A stretch of DNA of 53,565 bases from assembly GCA_036009105.1 (NCBI GenBank), contig DASYMJ010000109.1, positions 1 to 53,565 of the forward strand, in the 5' to 3' direction. This document shows positions 7,774-18,778 of this stretch, in pieces (the first letter of the stretch is position 1; every line of letters begins with the position of its first letter). Under the pieces are notes generated by a model, which ran no database searches, was not told the origin of the DNA, and saw only the letters and a program-made list of their open reading frames with translations. The translations under genes were made by a program, and so were the position numbers. The stretch comes from Thermoanaerobaculia bacterium. GTDB taxonomy: Bacteria; Acidobacteriota; Thermoanaerobaculia; Gp7-AA8.

Positions 7774-8874
7774 TTATTGCGGCGTCACCAGAGTCACGTG
7801 CTGGGTGTCGTTGTTCGTCACGCTCACCAAGGCCCAGAAGAGGCTGCCGGGGGTCTGCGGCTCGATCTCCACGCGGACGGTGTCCGGGGAGCCGTTCGTC
7901 ACGAAAAGCGAGCTGAGGTCGGCGATCTGGCCGAAAGACGGAAGGTCGCGGAACTCGCCCGTCTCCTCCGTGGCCGCCTCCACGCTCGCCGTGGCCAGCA
8001 GCGCGCCGGTCTTCCCTTCCGCGAGCTCGTAAACGCGCACCGCGAAGCGGGAGGGGGAGGGGGCGGTGTCGTAGATGCGCAGCGTCTGGCGGAAACGGGA
8101 GGAGATGGGCACGTTGAGCAGATGCAGCGTCGCGGTATGGAGGTCGCCCTCCCGCACGAGGGGCAGCTCGGTGCCGGCATTGAGCGCGTCGCGCGAGGCG
8201 TCCAGCGTCCGCAGGTTGATGTCGACGTTCTGGGCCTGATTCCTCAGCACGTACAGCAGCCGGCCGGGATTGGCCGGCGGCAGGCGGAAGAACGGGGTCA
8301 GGTTATGCAGCGCCTCGTTCGGCTGGAGCGTTTTGGTGTTCGGGAACACCGCCGGACAGACGCCGTCCGCCGGGCAGGGCCACGGCGCGAGGGGCACCGG
8401 CTGGGTGCCGTGGTTGCGCAGCCAGAGGTCGGTCTTCCAGAGCGATCCCTGGCCGCCCGCCACCGGCAAGTCGAGATAGATGGGGAGCAGCACGCGCTCG
8501 TACTCGTCCTCCGCGGTCCGGGAGAACAGAAAGATGTTCGGCGCGACGGCGGTGCGGCCGTCGCCGGTCTTCACCGTGACGTCCACAGGCCCTACGGCAT
8601 GCGGCGGCGTCACCACGACGATCTCCGTATTGCTCTCCGCGCGCGGCGTGACGGTGACGTTGCCGAAGGTGACGAGCGTGGGGCAGGGAGCGAAGCAGGC
8701 GAAATTGGGAGGGACGGAGAGGTTGTCGCCGGTGATCCTGACCAGCGTGCCGCCCTTGAACGAGCCGAGGCGCGGCTGGACGTCGCGGATGACGGCGGCG
8801 GGGATGTTCTGAGCGGATACGATGGTGGGAACGACGAGCAGCAGAGGGAGGAGGAGAGAGCGAAGGGACTTCAT
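7774..8874 (-). CDS. Secreted IPT/TIG domain protein
   Basis: Signal peptide; PRLGSFKGGTLVRITGDN...VTFG...IVVVTPPHAVGPVDVTV is an IPT/TIG pattern, followed by a beta-rich domain beginning ERVLLP. Confidence 0.8.
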   Translation of the reverse strand: MKSLRSLLLPLLLVVPTIVSAQNIPAAVIRDVQPRLGSFKGGTLVRITGDNLSVPPNFACFAPCPTLVTFGNVTVTPRAESNTEIVVVTPPHAVGPVDVTVKTGDGRTAVAPNIFLFSRTAEDEYERVLLPIYLDLPVAGGQGSLWKTDLWLRNHGTQPVPLAPWPCPADGVCPAVFPNTKTLQPNEALHNLTPFFRLPPANPGRLLYVLRNQAQNVDINLRTLDASRDALNAGTELPLVREGDLHTATLHLLNVPISSRFRQTLRIYDTAPSPSRFAVRVYELAEGKTGALLATASVEAATEETGEFRDLPSFGQIADLSSLFVTNGSPDTVRVEIEPQTPGSLFWALVSVTNNDTQHVTLVTPQ

Positions 8875-8877
8875 GAA

Positions 8878-9393
8878 ATGTACTTACCTCACAAGCCAAA
8901 AAGACATTCGCGCGGGCCAGGCTGCACGCGCATCTCCTTCTACGCGCGCGGCGCGGCGAGCGTCGCCGTCGTTTGCCTGATGTTGACAGCATGCGGGAAG
9001 GAGCCGCCGGCGCCGGCCGCGGAGCCGGGCCTGCCGATCGACGTGAAGATCGCCCGCGACACGGTCCTCCTCTACTTCCCGACCGACTGCGAAAAAGTCG
9101 ATCCGTTCGAGCGGCCGATGCCGAATGACGCCGAGCTGGTGGCCGAGGCGCTGGTGGAGGGGCCGAATGACGTCGAGCAGCGGCGCGGCGCGACGAACCC
9201 CTTTCCGGAAGGCTCGTCCGTGCAGTCGGTGAAGATCGCGGACGGCGTGCTGACCATCGACTTCAACGAGCGGCTGCAGAACGTCGGCGGCGCCTGCGCC
9301 GCGCAGGCGATCCGCAACTCGGTGGAGGCGACCCTCAAGCGCGTGCCGGGCGTGAGGCGGGTGGTGATCACGGCCGGCGGCAGGGGAACGTAG
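8878..9393 (+). CDS. GerMN domain lipoprotein (start uncertain)
   Basis: Lipobox LTAC; ALVEGP, NPFPEGSSVQSVKIADGVLTIDFN and IRNSVEATL...PGVRRVVI match GerMN. The stop codon lies in the REP GTAG. Confidence 0.75.
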   Translation: MYLPHKPKRHSRGPGCTRISFYARGAASVAVVCLMLTACGKEPPAPAAEPGLPIDVKIARDTVLLYFPTDCEKVDPFERPMPNDAELVAEALVEGPNDVEQRRGATNPFPEGSSVQSVKIADGVLTIDFNERLQNVGGACAAQAIRNSVEATLKRVPGVRRVVITAGGRGT

Positions 9394-9438
9394 GGCCGGC
9401 TCTCCAGCCGGCCGGGCGAGCTGGAGAGCTCGCCCTAC
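9390..9438. repeat. GTAG-type REP doublet
   Basis: GTAG-GGCCGGCT-CTCC-AGCCGGCC joined to an inverted copy GTAG-GGCGAGCT-CTCC-AGCTCGCC-C. Confidence 0.85.
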
Positions 9439-9463
9439 GTGCCCACGGATACACTTGATGCCC

Positions 9464-10690
9464 ATGCGCGTCATGCTCGCCACCGTCATCACCCTGCTGC
9501 ATTTCTCCGACTACCACTCCCACGCCGTGCCCTCGTACTCGGAGGACCGGGCCGATCAGGGCGGCATCGCGCGCGCCATCGGCTACATGAAGGGCCAGCA
9601 AGGGGCGCTCATCTTCAGCGGCGGCGACATGATGAACCGCGGCGCGCCGGCCTGGTCGGACGAGTACAAATGCGCCGAATGGTCCTGGTTCAACGGCGTG
9701 GTCGACGCCATGGCCCTCGGCAACCACGACGCCGACTACGGCCAGGACGAGCTGGTCCGGTGCCGCAAGTCGGTGACCTATCCGATCCTCAGCGCGAACA
9801 CCCCCGGCTTCGAGCCGTACGCGGTCTTCCAGCGCCAGGGCGTCCGCATCGGCGCCTTCGCCACGGCGGGCCCGGACATCGAGACGGCGCGCCAAACGGT
9901 GCGGGCGCTGCGGGAGAAAGAGCATGTCGACGTGGTGGTCTACATCGGCCATGAGCACCGCGAGGATGATGAAAGACTCGCCCGCGCCGTGCAGGGCATC
10001 GACCTCATCTTCGGCACGCACAGCCACATCAAGCAGGCCCTGACCAAGATCGACGGCACGCAGACGTACTTTATCTCGCCGTTCCAGTACCTGACCTACG
10101 TCAGCCGCGTGCAGCTGACGATCGGTGATCACCGCGTCACCAAAGCCAGGGGCGAGCTGGTGAGGATCGACAAAAGGATCAGGGAAGACCAGAGCGTTGC
10201 GAAACGCGTCCGGACGATGCAGAAAGCGCTGGAGCAGCAGCATCCCGACCTCTTCCGCCCCATCGGCAGATTGCAGCACGCCCTGACGCAGGACGAGCTC
10301 GGACAAAGGACGGTCGAAGTGATGGCCGCGGCGACGGATGCCGACGCCGCCCTCTCCACCACCAGCAGCTTCCGCCAGCCGTTGCCCTCGGGCACGCTCA
10401 CCGAAGAGCTGCTGCGGAACGCCATGCCGTACGACAACGAGATCGTCCTCTGCACCATGAGCGGCGCGCAGCTGCAGCGCGTGCTCGCCTTCGCCGAGTC
10501 GAAGCGCGGCACCGACGCCTTCGCCTACGTGGCCAGGCCGGCGAGCATCGAGAGCGACAAGAGCTACAAAGTGGCGGCGGCCGACTTCCTGGCCAACGGC
10601 CCCTACCGCGAAGTCTTCGACTGCGAGAAGACGAAGAGCGGAAAACGTGTTCGAGAAGAGGTGAGACGACGGTTGACCGCCTCGCCCTGA
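9464..10690 (+). CDS. Bifunctional metallophosphatase / 5'-nucleotidase
   Basis: HFSDYHSH, GGDMM, LGNHDADYG and IFGTHSH metallophosphoesterase motifs; C-terminal MPYDNE 5'-nucleotidase pattern. Start 9458 or 9464. Confidence 0.9.
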   Translation: MRVMLATVITLLHFSDYHSHAVPSYSEDRADQGGIARAIGYMKGQQGALIFSGGDMMNRGAPAWSDEYKCAEWSWFNGVVDAMALGNHDADYGQDELVRCRKSVTYPILSANTPGFEPYAVFQRQGVRIGAFATAGPDIETARQTVRALREKEHVDVVVYIGHEHREDDERLARAVQGIDLIFGTHSHIKQALTKIDGTQTYFISPFQYLTYVSRVQLTIGDHRVTKARGELVRIDKRIREDQSVAKRVRTMQKALEQQHPDLFRPIGRLQHALTQDELGQRTVEVMAAATDADAALSTTSSFRQPLPSGTLTEELLRNAMPYDNEIVLCTMSGAQLQRVLAFAESKRGTDAFAYVARPASIESDKSYKVAAADFLANGPYREVFDCEKTKSGKRVREEVRRRLTASP

Positions 10691-10777
10691 ACGATATGAT
10701 GGACACCACGAATGGAGCGCCCCCCCGCTCGCGCAGCGGTACCCGCTGCGCAACCCTACCCGAGAGGTGATTTCCGG

Positions 10778-11461
10778 ATGTCGTGGATTGCGAGTTTCTA
10801 CCGCACCGCCCTCGGCAAGAAGGCGGTCATGGCCGTGACCGGCGCCTTCCTGGCCGGCTGGGTGCTGGCCCACATGGCCGGGAACCTGAAGATCTTCATG
10901 GGCCCCGAGCACCTCAACGAGTACGCCAAGTGGCTGCGCACCATGGGCGCGCCGGCCATGCCCCACAGCGCGCTGCTCTGGATCGTGCGCATCCTGATGG
11001 TGGTGGCCGTCTGGCTGCACATCCAGGCCGCGACGCAGCTCACCCTCCAGTCCCGCGAGGCGCGGCCGCTGGCCTACACCCGCCGCGACAATGTGGTGGC
11101 CAGCTATGCCTCCCGCACCATGCGCTGGGGCGGCGTGATCATCCTCCTCTTCATCCTCTATCACCTGCTCCACCTCACCTTCGGGGTGCATGTGGCACCG
11201 GCGCAGTTCGTGGAGAACGACCCGTACCACAACGTCGTGGCCGGCTTTCAGGTGTGGTGGGTGGCGGCGGTTTACATCATCGCCAACCTGGCCCTGGGGC
11301 TCCATCTCTGGCACGGGCTGCGGGCGCTGTTCGACTCCCTCGGCCTCAACCACCCGAACTTCAACGTGGCCCGGCGCTGGTTCGCCGTCGCCTTCGCGCT
11401 CGTCATCACGATCGGCAACATCTCGATGCCGGTGGCCGTGCTGCTCGGCATCCTGAGGTAA
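10778..11461 (+). CDS. sdhC: Succinate dehydrogenase/fumarate reductase cytochrome b subunit
   Basis: [24 protein letters not shown] and HLWHG heme-ligand helices; first gene of the sdh operon. Confidence 0.92.
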   Translation: MSWIASFYRTALGKKAVMAVTGAFLAGWVLAHMAGNLKIFMGPEHLNEYAKWLRTMGAPAMPHSALLWIVRILMVVAVWLHIQAATQLTLQSREARPLAYTRRDNVVASYASRTMRWGGVIILLFILYHLLHLTFGVHVAPAQFVENDPYHNVVAGFQVWWVAAVYIIANLALGLHLWHGLRALFDSLGLNHPNFNVARRWFAVAFALVITIGNISMPVAVLLGILR

Positions 11462-11465
11462 CGGA

Positions 11466-13375
<1,910 letters not shown>

Positions 13376-13379
<4 letters not shown>

Positions 13380-14119
13380 ATCTGACACTCCACGTCTGGC
13401 GGCAGACCTCGCGCGACGACGCGGGCCGCTTCGTTACCTACAAGGCGGAGGGGATCAGCCCCGACGCGTCGTTCCTGGAGATGCTCGACGTGGTCAACGA
13501 GGGGCTCAACGACCGCGGCGAGCAGCCCATCCACTTCGAGCACGACTGCCGGGAAGGCATCTGCGGCTCCTGCGGCATGATGATCAACGGTGTCGCGCAC
13601 GGCCCCCTGGGCGGCACGGCGACCTGCCAGCTGCACATGCGCCAGTTCAAGGACGGCGACGAGATCCGCATCGAGCCGTGGCGCGCCCGGGTCTTCCCGG
13701 TGATCAAGGACCTGATCGTCGACCGCTCTCCGCTGGACCGCATCATCCAGGCCGGCGGCTATGTGTCTGTGAATACGGGCAGCGCGGTGGAAGCGAACAC
13801 GCTCCCCATCCCCAAGCAGATTCAGGAGACGGCCATGGATGCCGCCGAGTGCATCCAGTGCGGCGCCTGCGTCGCGCAGTGCCCGAACGGGGCGGCGCAG
13901 CTCTTCACCGCTGCCAAGGTGGCCCACCTCGGCCTGCTCCCCCAGGGCCAGCCCGAGCGCTACGAGCGGGTGGTGAACATGGTGGAGACGATGGACGAGC
14001 TCTTCGGCACCTGCTCACTCTTCCGGGAGTGCGAGGCGGTCTGCCCGAAGAGCATCCCGGTCGACTTCATCGCGCGGATGAACCGGGACTACCTGGTGGC
14101 GAAGTTCAAGCGGGGGTAG
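13376..14119 (+). CDS. sdhB: Succinate dehydrogenase/fumarate reductase iron-sulfur subunit
   Basis: [21 protein letters not shown] and [12 protein letters not shown] clusters; ATGA overlap with sdhA. Confidence 0.96.
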
Positions 14120-14268
14120 AGCGCCGGCGCACGTACGCCTCCACCGATCGCCGGAACACCGCCGGAGTGATGGCCGGATAGCGATACAGCTCCGGCCGCT
14201 CGCGAATGCGCGGCGTCGGCGAGACCGGCGCGCATCAGCTCTCAGGCCGGCAGCGCCTCGAAATTCAT
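14106..14268 (-). pseudogene. Possible degenerate small-gene remnant downstream of psd
   Basis: The ATG overlapping the psd stop gives MNFEALPA*ELMRAGLADAAHSR; another frame gives IRERPELYRYPAITPAVFRRSVEAYVRR...*. Both look protein-like but are broken. Confidence 0.3.
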
Positions 14269-15086
14269 GAATGCAGTATAGCGGCCCCGTAGCGCACCTT
14301 CCGGCCCGCCTCCAGCCGCACCCGGGAGAGATCCACCCGGTCCGGCTCGAAGAGCAGGACCACGCTCGAGCCCATGTGGAACGTGCCGAGGCGGTCGCCG
14401 GCGGCGATGGGAATGGGCGGCGCGTAATTGCGCGCGCGCTTCTCGGAGCGGGGGACGTTGGAGATGAACGAGTCGTACACCACGGAGATCTTCCCCACGT
14501 TCGTGGCCCCGATCATCACCACCGCCACGTGGCCCAGCGTGCAGTCGATCCACGTCACCACGCGCTCGTTGATGGAGAACAGCTCGTCGACGTTCGCCAG
14601 CGACCAGTCGTTCACCGGCCAGAGCTTGCCGGGGATGTGCAGGCTGCGGGTGATCCCGCCGCCGACCGGCGAATGGACGTGGTGGTAGTCCTGGGGGGAG
14701 AGGTAGAGATTGAAGAACGCGCCGTTCTCGTAGCGGCGCGCCTCCTCCTCGTCGCCCAGGAAGCGGGCCAGGGTGTAGTCCTTCCCTTTGATCTGCTCCA
14801 GCCGGCCGTCCCGCACCGGGCCGAACGCGCGCAGCACGCCGTCCACCGGGCTGACCAGCTCGCCCTCGATCGGGCGCAGCCCTTCGCGCAGGTCGCGGGT
14901 GAAGAAGTGGCCGATGGAGGGATAGTCGTGCACCGGCTTGCCCGCCGCGTCGAGGTCGATCTCGTACGTGCTCGCGAACCAGCGCACCAGGCGCCGGGCG
15001 ATCGGCCGCGGCCAGCGGGCATGCACCAGCCGGCCGACCGCGCGGCTCAGATGATTCTTCGGGACGTAGCGGAGATAGCGATACAC
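14265..15086 (-). CDS. psd: Phosphatidylserine decarboxylase proenzyme
   Basis: FFTRDLREGLRPI, SPVDG, YLSPQDYHHVHSP, NERVV, VMIGATNVG and FHMGSSVVLLF self-cleavage motif. Confidence 0.95.
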   Translation of the reverse strand: MYRYLRYVPKNHLSRAVGRLVHARWPRPIARRLVRWFASTYEIDLDAAGKPVHDYPSIGHFFTRDLREGLRPIEGELVSPVDGVLRAFGPVRDGRLEQIKGKDYTLARFLGDEEEARRYENGAFFNLYLSPQDYHHVHSPVGGGITRSLHIPGKLWPVNDWSLANVDELFSINERVVTWIDCTLGHVAVVMIGATNVGKISVVYDSFISNVPRSEKRARNYAPPIPIAAGDRLGTFHMGSSVVLLFEPDRVDLSRVRLEAGRKVRYGAAILHS

Positions 15087-15115
15087 GCCGAATGCTGAGG
15101 CGAGAGTCGTGCCCG

Positions 15116-15823
15116 CTATTTTTTGGCAGCGGGGACGATGCGCGCCGTCTTGATGTAATCGAGCTGGGGGAAGGAGGCCTGCAGATACTGGTTGCCTTCC
15201 TGCTGCGCCCGCCCCTGGTTGGGGGTGTCGCCGTAGCCGCCGTACAGCGCATCGACCACGTCCATCCCTTCGATTACCTTGCCGAACGGCGCGAAGCCCT
15301 GCGGGTCGAGACCGGCGTTGCGGTCCGCAAAGTTGATGAAGACCTGCGTCGTGCGGGTATGCGGGCCGGCCATGGCGTAGCTGACCATGCCCCGGGTGTT
15401 GGAGCCCTTCACCGGATCATCGACCACGTTGGCTTCGCGCCAGATGCGGTTCAGCTCGGGATTGCCGTTGATGCCGAACTGGGCCATGAAGCCGGGGATG
15501 ACGCGGAAGAAGCGGACGTCGTCGTAGTAGCCGTTGGACACCAGGTTGTAGAAGCGGTCCGCGCCGATCGGGGCCCAGTCCCGGTGCACCTCGATGACGA
15601 ACGGTCCCTTGGACGTCTCGAAGCGCGCATTGAAGATGGCCGGCGCCTTCGCCGTCAGTTTCGACGGATCGAGGAGCTTCTTCGGATCGGGCTTCTTCGC
15701 CGTGGTCGTGGTGGTCGCTGTCTTCTTGGTGGTGGTGGTCGTCTTCGATGTCTTCGGCTTCTCGGCAGCGCTCGCCGTCAGCATCATCATCATCGTTGCG
15801 GTGATTGCGGTGATCGTTTTCAT
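15116..15823 (-). CDS. Secreted cyclophilin-type peptidyl-prolyl isomerase
   Basis: APIGADRFYNLV, FFRVIPGFMAQFG, RTTQVFIN and FAPFGKVIEGMDVVD; signal peptide plus Thr/Lys-rich linker. Confidence 0.92.
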   Translation of the reverse strand: MKTITAITATMMMMLTASAAEKPKTSKTTTTTKKTATTTTTAKKPDPKKLLDPSKLTAKAPAIFNARFETSKGPFVIEVHRDWAPIGADRFYNLVSNGYYDDVRFFRVIPGFMAQFGINGNPELNRIWREANVVDDPVKGSNTRGMVSYAMAGPHTRTTQVFINFADRNAGLDPQGFAPFGKVIEGMDVVDALYGGYGDTPNQGRAQQEGNQYLQASFPQLDYIKTARIVPAAKK

Positions 15824-15848
15824 GGCCGCGAACAGTAGCATTCCCGAA

Positions 15849-16892
15849 ATGAAAACGCTGCTCTGCCTCCTGCTTCTCGCCCCCGCCGCCGGCGCCCAGC
15901 TCCGGCCGGTGAATACCTTCTCCATCGTGGCCCGCGACCCGGCCACCGGGCAGCTGGGCGTCGCGGTGCAGTCGCACTGGTTCGCCGTCGGCCAGATCGT
16001 GCCGTGGGCGGAGGCGGGCGTCGGCGCCGTCGCCACCCAGAGCTTCGTCGATCCGACGTACGGCAAGGTCGGCCTCGACCTCCTCCGCGCCGGCCGCGGC
16101 GCCCCCGCCGCCCTCCGCGCCCTCCTCGGCGGCGACGCCTCGTGCGAGGTGCGCCAGGTGGCGATGGTCGACGCCGCGGGCGAGGTCGCCTCGTTCACCG
16201 GCAACCGCGACATCCTCGCCGCCGGCTCCATCGCCGGCAATGCCACGGGCAAGTCAGACGTGCCATGCGGCGCCGCCGGCGGGACGCTGCACGTCGGCCG
16301 CGATTTCGCGGTGCAGGCGAATCTGATGGCGAACGACCGCGTCTGGCCGGCCATGGCCCAGGCTTACGCGGCGGCGAAAGGCGATCTGGCCGACCGTATG
16401 CTCGCCGCGCTCGATGCGGCGCAGAGCGTGGGCGGCGACATCCGCGGCAAGCAGTCGGCGGCGCTGATCGTGGTGAACGCGAAGCCGAGCGGCCGCCCGT
16501 GGCAGGACCGCGTGTTCGATCTGCGGGTCGATGACAACCCGGCCCCGCTGGCCGAGCTGCGCCGCCTCGTGGCGCTGCAGCGCGCCTACAACCACATGAA
16601 CGCCGGCGACCTGGCCGTGGAGCAGAAGGACAACGAGGCGGCCCTGCGCGAGTACTCGGCGGCCGAGGGGATCGCGGCGTCGACGGCCGGGATCCCGGTG
16701 AGCCGCCACGCGGAGATGATCTTCTGGCACGCCGTGGCCCTGGTGAACATGCAGCGGGTCGACGAGGCGCTGCCGCTCTTTGCCCGCGCCTTCGCCATGG
16801 AGCCCGGCTGGCGCGAGCTGACGCCGCGCCTGGCGCGCTCCGGCCTGATGCCCGATGACCCGAAGCTGCTGGAGCGGATCGTCGGCCGATGA
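15849..16892 (+). CDS. DUF1028 (Ntn-hydrolase-like) protein with a C-terminal helical/TPR-like region
   Basis: Signal peptide, then TFSIVARDPATGQLGVAVQSH, VGAVATQS, GGDIRGKQSAAL and DLRVDD. Confidence 0.88.
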   Translation: MKTLLCLLLLAPAAGAQLRPVNTFSIVARDPATGQLGVAVQSHWFAVGQIVPWAEAGVGAVATQSFVDPTYGKVGLDLLRAGRGAPAALRALLGGDASCEVRQVAMVDAAGEVASFTGNRDILAAGSIAGNATGKSDVPCGAAGGTLHVGRDFAVQANLMANDRVWPAMAQAYAAAKGDLADRMLAALDAAQSVGGDIRGKQSAALIVVNAKPSGRPWQDRVFDLRVDDNPAPLAELRRLVALQRAYNHMNAGDLAVEQKDNEAALREYSAAEGIAASTAGIPVSRHAEMIFWHAVALVNMQRVDEALPLFARAFAMEPGWRELTPRLARSGLMPDDPKLLERIVGR

Positions 16893-17416
16893 CGGTCGCG
16901 GAGCGCCTGGTCGAAAGCCATCGCCAGTTCCTCGCCTTCCTGGAGCGCCGCCTGGGCGACCGCGCCCTGGCCGAGGACATCCTGCAGGACGCTTTCGTGA
17001 AGACGATGGAGCGGGGAGGGGAGCTGCGGGACGACGAAGCGGCCGTGGCCTGGTTCTACCGCCTGCTGCGCAACGCGGTGATCGATCATCACCGCCGCCG
17101 GTCGGTTCGCACCCGCGCGCTCGATGCCTTGGCCAGGGAAATGGAAGGCGCCGCCGAGCCGCCGCCCGAGGTGCGCGGCGCGATCTGCGCCTGCGTCGGG
17201 CGCCTCGTCGGGAACCTCAGGCCCGAATACGCCGCGGCCATCCGGCGCGTGGAGCTGGATGAGGTGCCGGTGCAGACCTTCGCCGGCGAGATGGGCATCA
17301 CTGCGAACAACGCGGCCGTGCGCCTCTTCCGTGCCCGCGAGGCGTTGCGCAAGCAGGTGCGCGCCGCGTGCGGCACGTGCGCGACGCACGGCTGCGTGGA
17401 GTGCAGTTGCCGATAG
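16889..17416 (+). CDS. ECF sigma factor with a CxC linker and Cys-rich C-terminus (CorE-like)
   Basis: AEDILQDAFVK, WFYRLLRNAVIDHHRR (region 2), region 4 HTH, ICAC linker, and terminal CGTCATHGCVECSC. Confidence 0.88.
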   Translation: MTVAERLVESHRQFLAFLERRLGDRALAEDILQDAFVKTMERGGELRDDEAAVAWFYRLLRNAVIDHHRRRSVRTRALDALAREMEGAAEPPPEVRGAICACVGRLVGNLRPEYAAAIRRVELDEVPVQTFAGEMGITANNAAVRLFRAREALRKQVRAACGTCATHGCVECSCR

Positions 17417-17495
17417 TTGTTGGTTGTCAATTGTTGGTCCGAGGTGCCGCGCGGATCCGCAACGCACACCGGACCAACAACTGACAACCAACAAC
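17415..17495. repeat. Heptamer-periodic inverted repeat, family A variant
   Basis: gttgttggttgtcaattgttggtccg ... cggaccaacaactgacaaccaacaac; arms about 26 bp with one mismatch, between convergent genes. Confidence 0.85.
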
Positions 17496-17503
17496 CTGTC
17501 CGT

Positions 17504-17809
17504 TCAGATCTTGTTCGCCGACTCGATGAGCAGCTCCTCGCCCTGGCCGCAGCTGACCACCTTCCCCTTCACGTGGAGCGCGGCGCCGTCGGTGCCGAGC
17601 TTGAGCACGGCGTTCTTGGTCTTCTCGCAGACCTTGTAGTCGTGGCCGGAGTCGGACGCGCGGAACAGCGTCTGCCCTCCGTCGGTGCGCAGCGAGCCGT
17701 TGAGCTCGACCGATTTTGCAGCCTTCTTCTGCGCCTCACACTCCTTGCCGCCGGCGAACAGCGTCGCGGCGGTGAACAGCAGGACCAGGATCATGGCCAG
17801 ACGTTTCAT
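17504..17809 (-). CDS. Small secreted hypothetical protein
   Basis: GGAGA RBS, signal peptide MKRLAMILVLLFTAATLFA, beta-rich body with three Cys. Confidence 0.7.
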   Translation of the reverse strand: MKRLAMILVLLFTAATLFAGGKECEAQKKAAKSVELNGSLRTDGGQTLFRASDSGHDYKVCEKTKNAVLKLGTDGAALHVKGKVVSCGQGEELLIESANKI

Positions 17810-17890
17810 CGAACATCTCCTTTCCCCTCCAAGGTAGGCCGTTCGCGCCGCGGAGTCCTGTCGGATCGGACAACGATCCGGTACGCGACG

Positions 17891-18748
17891 TCACCGCGCC
17901 GTTGCAATCATCAGGTCGTCCACCGCCCGGGCCAGGTCCACCAGGTACTCGTCGCCCCGGGGATGATGGGTGAGCCCCACCAGCACGTAGTGCCGCCGCG
18001 GGCCGCTGATGATGGCCGAGTCGTGCAGCCAGTCCTCCCACGAGCCCCACTTGCGCAGCAGGCTGACCTCGGGCCGTTCGGCCAGCGCGTGCACGAACTT
18101 GAGATCGTCATGCGGGATGTCGGGCGAGGCGAAGATCTCCCGCATGGTCTTCGAGGCCGCCGGCGAGACGAGCTTCCCCTCTTCCAGCAGCAGGTAATAG
18201 CGGAGCAGCTGGCGGACGGTCGCCGCGTGGGAGTGATCGGCCACCGGATCGCCGATGCGCTCGCTGTTCGGGCCGTAGTGCTTGCCCACCCACAGGCCGC
18301 CGCCGCGCGCCGCGTCGTAGAAGCCGTACGAGTTCAGCACCTGCTGGATCTCGCGCAGGCCGAGCTCGCGCGAGTACTTTGCCGCCATCTCGTTGTTCGA
18401 GGCCTTGATCATCAGCCCCAGCTCGTGACGCGTGGTCGCATCGAGGCCGCTCGCCGCCTCCGGATGCTTCTGAAAGTACGCCAGCAGGATGCCGATCTTG
18501 GCCACGCTCGCCGCGTACTCGATCTGATCGGGATGGATCATGGCCAGGCGCGGCGTGCGCAGGTCGAGCACGCCGACGTCGGTCTGCTGGGGAGTCATGC
18601 CGTACTTCGTCCGCAGTTCGGCATCGATCGACTCGATGCGCGCCTGCAGGGCGTCGTCGACCGGCGTGTCGTAGTCGAGGGTGCGCGGCGCGGTGCTCGC
18701 GCACGCGGAGAGGACGAGCGAGAGGGCGCCGATGCGAGCCGCGGTCAT
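17891..18748 (-). CDS. Serine hydrolase lipoprotein, class A beta-lactamase-like fold
   Basis: Lipobox LSAC; ASVAK (SxxK), SNN (SxN), KWGS (KTG-like) and HDSAII. Start 18748 or 18751. Confidence 0.82.
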   Translation of the reverse strand: MTAARIGALSLVLSACASTAPRTLDYDTPVDDALQARIESIDAELRTKYGMTPQQTDVGVLDLRTPRLAMIHPDQIEYAASVAKIGILLAYFQKHPEAASGLDATTRHELGLMIKASNNEMAAKYSRELGLREIQQVLNSYGFYDAARGGGLWVGKHYGPNSERIGDPVADHSHAATVRQLLRYYLLLEEGKLVSPAASKTMREIFASPDIPHDDLKFVHALAERPEVSLLRKWGSWEDWLHDSAIISGPRRHYVLVGLTHHPRGDEYLVDLARAVDDLMIATAR

Positions 18749-18778
18749 CATTTGGGAAGGGTAAGCGACAATGCTCGG

